NCBI GenBank assembly: GCA_050692855.1
Contig: JBOGVO010000258.1
Coordinates: forward strand, 1 to 50,629
Length of the DNA: 50,629 bases
Reading direction: 5' to 3'
Origin: Actinomycetota bacterium
GTDB lineage: Bacteria > Actinomycetota > UBA4738 > HRBIN12
In this document: piece after piece, positions 1-10,003 of the stretch
Numbering within the stretch: the stretch's first letter is position 1
How the letters are laid out: each line of letters begins with the position of its first letter
Notes under the pieces: model-generated
What the model was told of the DNA's origin: nothing
Seen by the model: only the letters and a program-made list of their open reading frames with translations
The model's database searches: none
Made by a program: the position numbers and the translations under genes

Positions 1-405
<405 letters not shown>

Positions 406-522
406 CTACCGCCATGAGGCGCGCGTAGGGGACACTTGCGTGGCACGGCGCGCCTATGGTACTCACGCCATCGGCTTGAATCGCCGCTCAGTCCCGCGGC
501 CCGACAACAGGAGGGCAAAGAC

Positions 523-1797
523 ATGGCATCGAGACATCCCATGGAGGATCGTTGGTCGAGGCGGCGATTCCTGGCGCGAGCAGCAACCGGGGCCATAGCG
601 GTGCCCTCGCTCGCGGCGATCATGGCGGCATGCTCGAAGCCGGGCACCTCGACGGGGAACGCCGGCGGCGCGAGCGGCACCGGGCCGATCCCGATCGCGA
701 GGCCGGACAACCCCGTGGAGCTGCCGCTCAACGGTGACCCGATCCCGACGAGCACACCGATCGAGGCCGGCGCGACGCTGCAGGTCTACAACTGGATCGA
801 CTACATGTACAAGAAGGTCCTGAAAGCCTTCGAAGAGGAGTACGACGTCACGATCGAATGGACCACCTTCAACAACATGGAGGAGGGCATCCAGAAGCTC
901 GTCGCCGGCCAGGTCCAGCCCGACGTCTTCTTCCCCACCACCGACTACATCTCCAGACTCGTCGAGGGCGAGTTGATCCAGCCGCTCAACCACGAGCTGA
1001 TCCCGAACCTCGGCTCGGTCGTGTGGCCGAGCTTCACCGACCCCGGTCCGTACTACGACCTGGGCGCCCGCTACTCCGTCCCCTACACGATCTACACGAC
1101 CGGGGTGGCGTACCGGCGCGACCGGGTCGACGACGCCGACGCCGTCGCGCAGGGCTATGACCTGAACTGGAACCCCGACTACACCGGCGAGATCGCCTAC
1201 TACGACTCCTACCGCGACGCGATCGGCATGTCGCTGATCCGCAACGGCGTGACGGACCCCAACACCAACGATCCGGCCGCCATCGACGCGGCGAAGGACG
1301 GGATCCTCGAGCTCGTGAACGACCTCGACGGTCAGATCCGGATCAACGGCACGTACGCGAAGCTGCCCGAGGGTGAGTTCACCGTGTCGCAGTCCTGGTC
1401 CGGTGACATCGTGGGCGCGCAGTGGTACCTGCCCAAGGACACCTCATGGGACGTGCTCGGCTACTGGTACCCCGACGCGGAGCCCGGTCTGATCGGCAAC
1501 GACACGATCGTGATCCCGTCGACGGCGCAGAACCCTCGCCTCGCGCACGAGTTCCTCAACTTCTTCCTGAGCGAGAAGTACGGGTACGAGAACTTCGCCA
1601 GCTGGAACGGATACCAGCCGCCCTTCACATCCCTCGAGCCGGCGAAGTTGATCGACGACGGGGTCGTGCCCCCGGCGCTCGACCGAGCGGTGGTGACCGA
1701 GGACATGTTCACGACGGGCTTGATCCAGAGCCAGCTTCCGCCCGAGGACGACAAGCTCTGGCTCGATGCCTGGAGCGAGATCCAAGCCGGCGGCTAA
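523..1797 (+). CDS. potD: Spermidine/putrescine-type ABC transporter substrate-binding lipoprotein (PotD/PotF family)
   Basis: This is the 436..1797 ORF trimmed to ATG 523, which sits behind the RBS AGGAGGG (509-515). It has a twin-arginine signal SRRRFLARAATGAIAVPSLAAIMAAC with a lipobox Cys. The body resembles PotD/PotF. Confidence 0.85.
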   Translation: MASRHPMEDRWSRRRFLARAATGAIAVPSLAAIMAACSKPGTSTGNAGGASGTGPIPIARPDNPVELPLNGDPIPTSTPIEAGATLQVYNWIDYMYKKVLKAFEEEYDVTIEWTTFNNMEEGIQKLVAGQVQPDVFFPTTDYISRLVEGELIQPLNHELIPNLGSVVWPSFTDPGPYYDLGARYSVPYTIYTTGVAYRRDRVDDADAVAQGYDLNWNPDYTGEIAYYDSYRDAIGMSLIRNGVTDPNTNDPAAIDAAKDGILELVNDLDGQIRINGTYAKLPEGEFTVSQSWSGDIVGAQWYLPKDTSWDVLGYWYPDAEPGLIGNDTIVIPSTAQNPRLAHEFLNFFLSEKYGYENFASWNGYQPPFTSLEPAKLIDDGVVPPALDRAVVTEDMFTTGLIQSQLPPEDDKLWLDAWSEIQAGG

Positions 1798-1799
1798 GG

Positions 1800-2753
1800 G
1801 TGTCGAGCGCCGAGGCGACCGCCGAGCCCACGGGGAAGCGAGACCGGGCCGCCCAGGCAGCGGGCCGCGGGGGAGCGTGGTTCCCCCGCTGGTACTGGCC
1901 TTCGTTCACGTTCCCCAGCCTCGTCTGGTTGCTCGTGCTGTTCGTGCTGCCGTTCTACACCGTCCTCTCCGTCGCCTTCGGCACGGTTGATCCGCTCTTC
2001 CGCACTCCGCTCCCGGTCTATCAGCCATGGTGGTGGGAGTTCGACACGTTCACGACGACGATGGAGAAGTTCTACGCCGGCGACGCGGTCTATCAACAGC
2101 CGCTGATCCGTACGTTCGTGTACGTGATCGCCGCCAGCGCGATCTGTCTCGTGCTCGGCTACGCGGTCGCGTACTACACCGCCCGCTATGCCGGGAAGTA
2201 CCGCGTGCTCATCCTCGTGCTGCTCGTCTCACCCTTCTGGATCAGTTACCTGATGCGGATCTACGCGTGGCAGTCCCTGCTGCAGCCCGACGGCTACATC
2301 AACGACATCTGGAGCATCGTCGCGTCGCCGGTCAACTGGCTGGCGGGGAACCCGGTCACGGTGATCCTCGGACTGGTGTACGGATACATCCCCTTCATGA
2401 TCCTGCCGCTGTTCGGATCGCTGGATCGCATCAACCAGAACTTGCTCGAGGCCGGCCGTGACCTGGGGGCGAGCCCCACGCAGACGTTCCGGCGCGTCAC
2501 GCTGCCGTTGTCCAAGCCGGCGATCCTCGCGGGTCTTGTGATCGTGTCGCTGCCGATGTTCGGTGACTACTACACGAACGACCTGCTCGGCACCCAGAGC
2601 ACCTCGATGCTCGGCAACCTGATCGCGAACTCGGTGTTCCAGTCGGGACAGGGGCCCGAAGCCGGATCGCTCACGATCCTTCTCATGGTGATCGTGGTCG
2701 TGCCCATGCTCTACTACCTGCGCGAGACCAAGCGCGCGGCGGAGGCAGCATGA
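1800..2753 (+). CDS. potB: ABC transporter permease (PotB-like)
   Basis: This is the 1422..2753 ORF trimmed to GTG 1800, 3 nt after the potD stop. It is multi-TM and has the EAA loop EAGRDLGASPTQTFRRVTLPLSKPAI. Confidence 0.85.
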   Translation: MSSAEATAEPTGKRDRAAQAAGRGGAWFPRWYWPSFTFPSLVWLLVLFVLPFYTVLSVAFGTVDPLFRTPLPVYQPWWWEFDTFTTTMEKFYAGDAVYQQPLIRTFVYVIAASAICLVLGYAVAYYTARYAGKYRVLILVLLVSPFWISYLMRIYAWQSLLQPDGYINDIWSIVASPVNWLAGNPVTVILGLVYGYIPFMILPLFGSLDRINQNLLEAGRDLGASPTQTFRRVTLPLSKPAILAGLVIVSLPMFGDYYTNDLLGTQSTSMLGNLIANSVFQSGQGPEAGSLTILLMVIVVVPMLYYLRETKRAAEAA

Positions 2754-3670
2754 GCGACGCCGTGCTCGATCGCGTCGCCGAAGGCGTCTCCGCCAAGGCC
2801 ACGCCGACCCGGGGCTACTTCAGCAACCCGTGGCGCAAGCCGCACATCCTGCAGGGCATCACGATCGCGTACCTGCTCTGGTCGCTGCTCCCGGTGGTGA
2901 TCGCGATCATCTTCTCGTTCAACTCGGGCCGCTCCCGCAGCAGCTGGCAGGGATTCTCGCTGCGGTGGTGGACCGGCGATCCATTCAACTCGCTCTTCCA
3001 CGACGAGGCTCTGCGCACCGCGATGTTCCAGACGTTCCGCCTGTCGGTCCCGACCGCCATCGTCGCGGTCGCGCTCGGCACGCTCTTCGCGATCGGCATC
3101 GACCGCTGGCACGGGAGGCCGGCACGGGGCGCCAACTTCCTGATGCTGCTCTCGTTCGTGCTCCCCGAGATGATCCTCGGCGTCTCGCTCTTCCTCGTCT
3201 TCACGTACCTGTTCAACACCGTGATGCACCTCGGCACCGGAGCACAATGGCTCGGCCTGATCACGTTCCAGATGTCGTATGCGGTCGTGATCGTGCGTGC
3301 ACGGCTGCTCACGATCGGCCCGGAGTACGAGGAAGCCGCGATGGACCTCGGCGCGAAACCCGGTCAGTCGATGCGCCGGGTGCTGTTGCCCCTGCTGTGG
3401 CCGGCGATCCTCGCGAGCGTCGCCGTGGTGTTCGCCGACACCGTCGACGACTTCGTCATCGTGCGTTTCCTCTCCGCCAGCGCCGACAGCGAACCGCTCT
3501 CCGTGAAGATCTACTCGGCGGCCCGCGGCTCGCCGACGCCCGCGGTCAACGCAGCCGCCACCGTGATGCTGATCGCGACGATGACCGTCATCCTGATCGG
3601 CTACCTGCTCTACCGTCGCTTCACCAAGGGACAGGAGGGCGGCGAGGTGAGCAACTTCGCGCAGCTCTAG
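2750..3670 (+). CDS. potC: ABC transporter permease (PotC-like)
   Basis: ATGA start/stop overlap with potB. EAA loop is EEAAMDLGAKPGQSMRRVLLPLLWPAI, with six predicted hydrophobic spans. Confidence 0.85.
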   Translation: MSDAVLDRVAEGVSAKATPTRGYFSNPWRKPHILQGITIAYLLWSLLPVVIAIIFSFNSGRSRSSWQGFSLRWWTGDPFNSLFHDEALRTAMFQTFRLSVPTAIVAVALGTLFAIGIDRWHGRPARGANFLMLLSFVLPEMILGVSLFLVFTYLFNTVMHLGTGAQWLGLITFQMSYAVVIVRARLLTIGPEYEEAAMDLGAKPGQSMRRVLLPLLWPAILASVAVVFADTVDDFVIVRFLSASADSEPLSVKIYSAARGSPTPAVNAAATVMLIATMTVILIGYLLYRRFTKGQEGGEVSNFAQL

Positions 3671-3711
3671 GTCCGCGATCGAGCCGAAGCCCCGGCTTCG
3701 TGCGCCTCGAT

Positions 3712-4827
3712 TCAGGCCTCTTCGAGCTCGCCGCTCTCGATGATGGGCGTGCCGGCCTCGGGCAACACCCGCAAGGCTTCGCTCGGGAGATGGGCGGTGA
3801 CGGCAGCCCCCGACTCGAAGGGCACGGCTCCCCCTTCGTTCTGCATCCACGCCTGGATACGTTGGCCCGGCGCCAGGTTCACGATCACCTGCAGGATCGA
3901 CCCGACGTAGACCACGCGCTCGACCATGCCGGGCAGTCGGTTCTCACCGCTCGTGCCCTGCGGCTCGAGGGTGACGCGTTCTGGGCGGATCGTGACCTTC
4001 GCCGAACCCGTCGTGTCTTCGTCCCCTCGGCCGGCGATGAGCTCGAACTCGCCGACCCTCACGCGACATCCACCCTCACCCTGGCCGTGTGCGTCGGCTT
4101 CCATGAGGTTCGACACGCCGAGGAAGTCGGCCACGTAGGCGGTGGCGGGCTCCTCGTAGATCTCCTTTGGGTTGCCGATCTGCTCGACGCGGCCCTGGCT
4201 CATCACCGCGATGCGGTCGGACATCGTGAGCGCCTCTTCCTGGTCGTGCGTGACGTAGACGAACGTGATGCCAACCTCTTCCTGCAAGGCCTTCAGCTCG
4301 ATCTGCAGGCGCTTGCGGAGCTTCGCGTCGAGCGCCCCGAGAGGCTCGTCGAGCAGGAGAACCGCGGGATTCAGGATCAGGGCACGCGCGAGTGCGACAC
4401 GTTGCTGCTGGCCGCCCGAGAGCTGGGTCGGACGGCGCTGTTCGAACCCGGTGAGCGCCACCAGCTCGAGCGAATGCCCGACGCGCTCGCGCTGCTCCTG
4501 CTTCGAGACGTCCTTGTACTTCAGGCCGAACGCCACGTTCTCGGCCACGGTGAGGTGGGGGAACAAGGCGTAGTTCTGGAACACGGTGTTCACGTTGCGC
4601 TTGTGCGGCGGGGTCTGTGCCATGTCGACCCCGTCGAGCAGGATCTGTCCCTCGCTCGGCCGCTCGAACCCGGCGATCATGCGCAGCGTCGTTGTCTTGC
4701 CGCAGCCCGACGGACCGAGCAGCGAGAAGAACTCGCCCGACGGCATGTCGAGGTTGATGCCGGCGACCGCCGTGAAGTCACCGAACCGCTTGACCAGATC
4801 GACGAGCTGTACCTGTCCACCAGCCAT
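3712..4827 (-). CDS. potA: ABC transporter ATP-binding protein (PotA-like, with C-terminal TOBE-like domain)
   Basis: This is the 3712..4935 ORF trimmed to [11 protein letters not shown] (ATG 4827). Motifs: Walker [10 protein letters not shown], signature [15 protein letters not shown], Walker [12 protein letters not shown]. It is convergent with potC. Confidence 0.9.
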   Translation of the reverse strand: MAGGQVQLVDLVKRFGDFTAVAGINLDMPSGEFFSLLGPSGCGKTTTLRMIAGFERPSEGQILLDGVDMAQTPPHKRNVNTVFQNYALFPHLTVAENVAFGLKYKDVSKQEQRERVGHSLELVALTGFEQRRPTQLSGGQQQRVALARALILNPAVLLLDEPLGALDAKLRKRLQIELKALQEEVGITFVYVTHDQEEALTMSDRIAVMSQGRVEQIGNPKEIYEEPATAYVADFLGVSNLMEADAHGQGEGGCRVRVGEFELIAGRGDEDTTGSAKVTIRPERVTLEPQGTSGENRLPGMVERVVYVGSILQVIVNLAPGQRIQAWMQNEGGAVPFESGAAVTAHLPSEALRVLPEAGTPIIESGELEEA

Positions 4828-4904
4828 TCCCGCGGAGTCTAGTGCAGCCGCCGCGTCGCCGGTCAAGTTCGAACGGCCGTTCAACCTCGTAGCATCATGC
4901 CTCG

Positions 4905-6105
4905 ATGGACGAGCTCTCCCCGCGGCCCGCGACATCGGGGAGACTCCCGCACGGCTCGCTCGATCCCGTCACCGCCCGCCGAGCACTCGTCCCGCTGCTC
5001 GCGGGATACCTGACGTTCGGGCAGTTCTGGGGCATCTGGGTGATCCTCGTCGTCGAGTTCCAGCAGTTCCACGAGCTCTCCGAGAGCCGGCTGGGCGCGA
5101 TGTACACGATGCTGTCGCTCACGGCCGTGGTGGTGATGCTGGTGCTCGCTCCGAGGCTGCAGCGCTTGCCGCTGTCGACGGTCACGCCGGTGTCGTTGCT
5201 CGTGCTCGCCGTGGGGACGGCCGTGATCGCGTATCAACCGAGCGCGCTCGTCGTGATCGGGTTCCTGCTCGTGGGAGCCGGGAACGGACTGATCGACGTC
5301 TACATGAACGTCGCGGCCCAGCGCGTCGAGGTCGTCACGCCGGCCGGTGCTGCAATGGCTGCACGCGTCCTACGCGCTCGGCGGGGTGACAGGCGCGGCG
5401 ACGGCGGGTCTGTTGCTGGCCGCCGGCTTCGACTTCCGCCTCGGACTGGCGTTCGCCTCGGTCTGCCTGGTCGTCACCGCGATCTGGAACTCGAGGACCG
5501 CGCCCCGAGACCGGGGGCCTGATGGCGCGCAGGCCACCCTCTCGATCTCGGCGCTGTTCCGCGCGCCCGCGCTCTGGGTGCCCGCCCTCACGGTCCTGTT
5601 CGCGTTCCTCGTCGAGGGATCGATGGACACGTGGTCCGGGCTGTATCTGCGCGAGCAGCTCGGCGCCTCCGCCGGCGTCGCCGCCATGGCGTTCATCGCG
5701 TTCTCGGGGGCGATCTTCTTCGGGCGTCTGTTCGCGGGTCGCGTGCTTTTCGGCCTCGGGCCACGCACCACGATCATCGTCGCCGGTGTCGGATCGCTGG
5801 CCGGCGGGCTCCTCGCGACCCTCACCGAGAACATCCTTGTGGTCGGTCTGGCGTTCCTGATCCTCGGATTCATGATCAGCGCGGCGGGCCCGGCCGGTTT
5901 CAGCCTGACCGAGGGCATCGACGACGATCCCACGAGCGCGGTCGCGGCGGTCACCACCGTGGGCTACACGGGCTTCATCTGGAGCCCGCCGCTGCTCGGC
6001 TACGTCGCGCAGACGATCGACCTGCGCGCCGCGATGGGCGTGATCGTGGTCGCCACCGTCGGCATCATCGCGGCGGGGCTGATGGCCCCGCGATCACGGG
6101 CCTGA
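4905..6105 (+). pseudogene. MFS transporter split by a +1 frame change (ORFs 4905..5522 and 5347..6105)
   Basis: Two hydrophobic ORFs join into one MFS of about 398 aa with about 12 TM spans: ...NVAAQRVEVVT / RPVLQWLHASYALGG... The downstream frame is open only from 5308 and the upstream frame turns non-hydrophobic after about 5340. The shift therefore lies at about 5308-5346, near ccggccgg. Confidence 0.7.
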
Positions 6106-6603
6106 CGGAGCCCGGAGTCCTCCCGTCTCACCGGCCGTCTCATCGGGCTCCGGAGGCGGAAACGAGTCGCGCAGCGTGAACGCCTCTGGCATCGGACCGT
6201 TTGCCCGCACGAGTTCGAGTCGTTCCTTCGCCTCGTCGATCGTCGGGGTCGCTCCGGCAGCGATCCACCACAGCGCGGTCGACGCGTCGGCGAGCCGCTC
6301 GAACCACTCGGATCGGCGCCGCAGGTAGTCGGCGTGCTCGGTGCGGAACACGAACGCTCCGAGGGCGTGGACCGACTCCCACACCGACATGTTCACGATC
6401 AGCATGTCGTCGTCGAAGACCCGCAGCGCGGTGGCGTCGCCGTCCTCGGTCTGCAGCCGCCAGACGAACCCCGCGCTGCCGTCGGCCAGCGCGTTGATCG
6501 GCTCCAACCCGTCGACGAAGGCCTGCATCGACGGCGTGTCGAGGGGCGCCCGGAGCCGTGCGACGTTCACCTGCGCCAGATGGAAGCCCGGTTCCCTACC
6601 CAT
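6094..6603 (-). CDS. DUF3291 domain protein
   Basis: The N-terminus FHLAQVNVARLRAPLDTPSMQAFVDGLEPINALADGSAGFVWRLQ matches my recollection of the DUF3291 family. High third-position GC. Confidence 0.65.
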   Translation of the reverse strand: MGREPGFHLAQVNVARLRAPLDTPSMQAFVDGLEPINALADGSAGFVWRLQTEDGDATALRVFDDDMLIVNMSVWESVHALGAFVFRTEHADYLRRRSEWFERLADASTALWWIAAGATPTIDEAKERLELVRANGPMPEAFTLRDSFPPPEPDETAGETGGLRAPSGP

Positions 6604-6635
6604 CGATCGAATCGACTGCGGTCGTCCGCCTGGGA

Positions 6636-6686
6636 GTTGTCCGACTCATCGGTCGGCGATGTTGTCCGACCTCATCGGTCGGCGAT
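6636..6686. repeat. 25/26-nt tandem duplication spanning the stop codon of the aldehyde dehydrogenase gene
   Basis: gttgtccgactcatcggtcggcgat (6636-6660) is followed directly by gttgtccgacctcatcggtcggcgat (6661-6686). Each copy holds a ccgac...gtcgg hairpin and a TCA, which is TGA on the minus strand. Confidence 0.9.
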
Positions 6687-8126
6687 ATTGAGGTACACCG
6701 CCTTCTCCTCGAGGAAGTCGTCGAGCCCGTGCTTGCCGAGCTCGCGGCCGACGCCCGACTGCTTGTAGCCGCCCCACGGCATCTCCGTGGGCGCCGGCTG
6801 CGTGTCGTTGATCCACACGATGCCGGCTCGGACCGCCTGGGCGGTGCGCATCGCCTTCGTGATGTCGTTCGTCCAGATCGCCGCCGCGAGCCCGTAGTCG
6901 TTGTCGTTGGCCATCGCGACGACGTCATCCACGCTCCGGAACGGGATCACCGACATGACGGGGCCGAAGATCTCTTCCCGAGCGATGCGCGCCGAGTTGT
7001 CGACGTCGGCGAAGACCGTGGGCGGCACGAAATACCCCTTCGCCAGCTTCGGGTCGTCGGGCGTCGCGCCCTGGCCCGCTAGCCGGGCCTCGCGCGCTCC
7101 GACCTCGAGGTAGCCGCGCACCCGATCCAGCTGCTCCTTGGAGATCAGCGGGCCCATCGTGGTCGCGGCGTCCTGTGGGTCGCCCACCTTCACCGAGGTC
7201 GCGAGGCCGGCGAGCTCCTTCACGGCGTCGTCGTAGATCGTCCGGTCGACGAAGACTCGGGTGCCCGCCGAACAGATCTCGCCCTGGTTCCAGAACACCC
7301 CGTTGGCCGAGCCCTGGATCGCGCTGGGGAAATCGGCATCGGCGAAGACGATGTTCGGCGACTTGCCGCCGAGCTCGAGGGTCACGCGCTTGAGCGTCTC
7401 GGCTCCGCTGCGCATTATGATCTTGCCGACCTCCCTGGAACCCGTGAACCCGACCTTGTCGACGCCGGGGACCGTGGTGAGCGGGGCTCCCGCGGTCTCG
7501 CCGAAGCCCGTCAGCACGTGGAAGACACCCGCCGGCAGGCCGGCCTCCTCGAGGATCTTCGGGATCTCGAGGCACGTGAGTGGCGTCTGCTCCGGCGGCT
7601 TGAGGATGAAGGTGCAGCCCGCGGCGATCGCCGGCGCAACCTTCTGGACCGCCATCATCATCGGGTAGTTCCAGGGCGTGATGCCCACCGCCACGCCGAC
7701 CGGTTCCTTCCAGACCATGAACATCGCGTCGGCGTCGACGTGCTGGCTCTCGCCGGCGATCTTCGTGGCCCAGCCGCCGTAGTACTCGAACATGAACGCG
7801 ACCTCGTCGATGTCGTCGCCCGCCTCCGAGATCGGCTTGCCCACGTCGCGCGACTCGAGCGCCGCGAGCCGGGCACGCTCGCGGCGCACGATGTCGGCCG
7901 CGCGCAACAGGATGCGCCCGCGCTCACGCGCCGACGTGCCGGGCCACCACGTGCCGTCGTCGAACGTGCGCCGCGCCGCCTCGACGGCGCGGTCGACGTC
8001 CGCCGGCTGCGAGTCGGGCGCGGTGGCGATCACCTCACCGGTCGAGGGGTCGAAGACGTCGAACCGCCCCCCGTCGAGCGCGTCGATCCACTTGCCGTCG
8101 ACATAGTTCTGCAAGGCGTCTGCCAT
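6672..8126 (-). CDS. NAD(P)+-dependent aldehyde dehydrogenase
   Basis: 484 aa. Motifs: FTGSREVGKIIM, the catalytic Glu motif ELGGKSP, and the catalytic Cys motif NQGEICSAGTR. Confidence 0.92.
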   Translation of the reverse strand: MADALQNYVDGKWIDALDGGRFDVFDPSTGEVIATAPDSQPADVDRAVEAARRTFDDGTWWPGTSARERGRILLRAADIVRRERARLAALESRDVGKPISEAGDDIDEVAFMFEYYGGWATKIAGESQHVDADAMFMVWKEPVGVAVGITPWNYPMMMAVQKVAPAIAAGCTFILKPPEQTPLTCLEIPKILEEAGLPAGVFHVLTGFGETAGAPLTTVPGVDKVGFTGSREVGKIIMRSGAETLKRVTLELGGKSPNIVFADADFPSAIQGSANGVFWNQGEICSAGTRVFVDRTIYDDAVKELAGLATSVKVGDPQDAATTMGPLISKEQLDRVRGYLEVGAREARLAGQGATPDDPKLAKGYFVPPTVFADVDNSARIAREEIFGPVMSVIPFRSVDDVVAMANDNDYGLAAAIWTNDITKAMRTAQAVRAGIVWINDTQPAPTEMPWGGYKQSGVGRELGKHGLDDFLEEKAVYLNIADR

Positions 8127-8199
8127 CGGGTCTCCCTCCCGGGATCGCGTCGTGTCCAGAACCTACTACGAGGTCCCGAGGGCGGGGTACGCTCGGCGT

Positions 8200-8724
8200 G
8201 TGCGCACCACCGCTCCCCTCGCCACCATCACCCTCGCGGTCCTGGGGGCCCTGGTGGCGGCCTCGTGCAGCGGAGGTGAGCCCGACCCCTACACCCCGCT
8301 GCATCAGGAAGCTCGCCAGGAGATCCCGGGGACGTTCGGCTACGACCTGCTGCCCGTCGAGGGCTTCGCCACCGGCGTCGATCCGGCGGAGGCGTGGCGA
8401 GAGCTGCCGGGAGCCGGTCGCGGCGCCGACGTCTCGGTGACGCTCGCCGAGGTCCAGAACGCGTCCCAGGGGGTCGACTGGGGACCCTCGTGGGTCTTCT
8501 TCACGAACGACCTCTGCTACTTCACCGCCAAAGGCGACTTCGTCTCCCCGGCGCGCAGCGGTAACGACGACGGATGCACGCCACAGAACGTGCTGGTGCA
8601 GGTGGTCGACGCGACATCGGGCGAGTTCCGAGCCGTGTTCGAGGCCTACGACGCCGACCTCAGCTGGCTCCCGCGCCGCGTGGGCTCGCCCGATCAGGTG
8701 CCGGGAGCGACCCGCTTCCAGTAG
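8200..8724 (+). CDS. Hypothetical lipoprotein
   Basis: This is the 8152..8724 ORF. GTG 8200 gives VRTTAPLATITLAVLGALVAASCSGG, a signal peptide with a lipobox. Third-position GC is high throughout. I recognise no family. The start could instead be 8152. Confidence 0.6.
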   Translation: MRTTAPLATITLAVLGALVAASCSGGEPDPYTPLHQEARQEIPGTFGYDLLPVEGFATGVDPAEAWRELPGAGRGADVSVTLAEVQNASQGVDWGPSWVFFTNDLCYFTAKGDFVSPARSGNDDGCTPQNVLVQVVDATSGEFRAVFEAYDADLSWLPRRVGSPDQVPGATRFQ

Positions 8725-9962
8725 TCGAGCCAGCGGGCGCGCTCACTCGGGCCGAACCCCACCAGCATCTGCGCATCGGAGAACGCCCTGTTGTCGAGCA
8801 GCGTGTCGAGCAGGTTCGGCGGCACCTCCATGTGCCAGGGTGAGTCGGGCGCCGCGAAGGCCGCTCGCGTGACGCCCTCGAGCGGCGGTTGATACCCGTT
8901 CCAACAGAAGTTGTCGACGCCGACCCGGGTGTCGAGCAGGTGGTTGAGGAACGCATGCGCCAGATCGGGGTGGGCTCCACGTTCGCAGACGGCCATCAGG
9001 TCGCAGCCCACGATCTTCTCGGGCCCGGGCGGCGACCAGAACCGCAGGCGTTCGGCGAGATCGAAGTCGCCTTCCGCTGCGGCGTAGCCCGGAGCCGAGA
9101 GCACGTCTCCCGACCACGCTTGGTGCGCCGAGAACGATCCCTCGGACAGGCCTTCCTCGACGCCGTCGTTCGTGAACCGGACATCGGTGATCGCGACCGC
9201 GTCGGACAACGCCTGCGCCGCGGCCGCCAGCTGTGCGTCGCCGGCCGCTCGCACGTCGGTGACGCCGTCGCGCAGCAGCGCGAGCGACATGGCCTCGAGG
9301 AACCCGTCGTACATGCCCACGCGCCCGCGGTAGTCCGGGTTCCAGAACAACCCGTACGGATCTGCCGCAGCGGGGGGAGCGTCGACGGCGTCGACCATGT
9401 CGGCGCGCCAGGCCACGCCGCTCACGTACACGGTGTAGGGGAGCGAGTACCGCTGACCGGGGTCGTAGAAGGGACCGTCGCCCTCGCGGAACCACGGCCA
9501 GAGGTTCCGCAGGTTCGGGAGGTCGCCATGGTCGAGCGCACGAAGGAGCCCCGCATCGACCAGGCCCGGCAGGGCGTCGATCGTGGGGAAGAAGACGTCG
9601 AAGTCGGTCGCGAGATCCTGCAGGCGAGCGATGGCCTCGTCCATGTGCGTGAAGCTCTCGACCTGGACGCGCACGTCGCCGTCGGGGAACTGCTGCTCGA
9701 ACGACCGGATCGTGCCCTTGGACAGGTAGTCGCGCCATTCGTAGACCTTGAGCGTCGCCTCCGGCTCCGCCGGCTTGCCGGCCTCGAACGTGGGCCCCAT
9801 CGGGCTCGAGACGATCGGCGCCTCGGGCGACGAGGGTGCGGCGCCTCGCTCACAGGCGGCGAGCAACGCGGCCGCGGACGGCACAGCGACCCCGGCCGCG
9901 GCGATCCTCCGCAGGAACGCTCGTCGATCGATCGGCGTCGGGACGCGGGGTCGTGAGGGCAC
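8694..9962 (-). CDS. Second PotD/PotF-family substrate-binding lipoprotein (orphan, no adjacent permease)
   Basis: This is the 8694..10439 ORF trimmed to GTG 9962. Tat signal IDRRAFLRRIAAAGVAVPSAAALLAAC. The body is paralogous to the first binding protein (LKVYEWRDY..., DVFFPT, YSLPYTVY, WNPDY, NGYQPP). Confidence 0.8.
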   Translation of the reverse strand: MPSRPRVPTPIDRRAFLRRIAAAGVAVPSAAALLAACERGAAPSSPEAPIVSSPMGPTFEAGKPAEPEATLKVYEWRDYLSKGTIRSFEQQFPDGDVRVQVESFTHMDEAIARLQDLATDFDVFFPTIDALPGLVDAGLLRALDHGDLPNLRNLWPWFREGDGPFYDPGQRYSLPYTVYVSGVAWRADMVDAVDAPPAAADPYGLFWNPDYRGRVGMYDGFLEAMSLALLRDGVTDVRAAGDAQLAAAAQALSDAVAITDVRFTNDGVEEGLSEGSFSAHQAWSGDVLSAPGYAAAEGDFDLAERLRFWSPPGPEKIVGCDLMAVCERGAHPDLAHAFLNHLLDTRVGVDNFCWNGYQPPLEGVTRAAFAAPDSPWHMEVPPNLLDTLLDNRAFSDAQMLVGFGPSERARWLDYWKRVAPGT

Positions 9963-10003
9963 GGGACCATCTTGCGGGAGCGCGCGGGTCGAGGGCAAGC
10001 AGC

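Noticed and set aside
436-522. The N-terminal extension of the potD ORF, and a TTGCGT/TATGGT promoter-like pair in the amine oxidase-potD spacer.
   Set aside because: The extension precedes the RBS and the Tat signal. The hexamer spacing is 13 nt, or 18 nt with a poor -35, which does not convince me enough to call a promoter.
2830-4842. A 670-aa plus-strand ORF spanning potC and the antisense of potA. Similar giant ORFs occur at 20118..22904 (928 aa), 9836..11983 (715 aa), the N-terminal 500 aa of 11977..13968, 8743..9738, 13193..14257 and 19388..20992.
   Set aside because: They lie out of frame with or antisense to genes that have clear family motifs. Their translations are Arg/Gly/Pro/Ala-rich low-complexity strings typical of shadow ORFs in DNA of about 70% GC. 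Only the short terminal segments noted in the feature list look coding.
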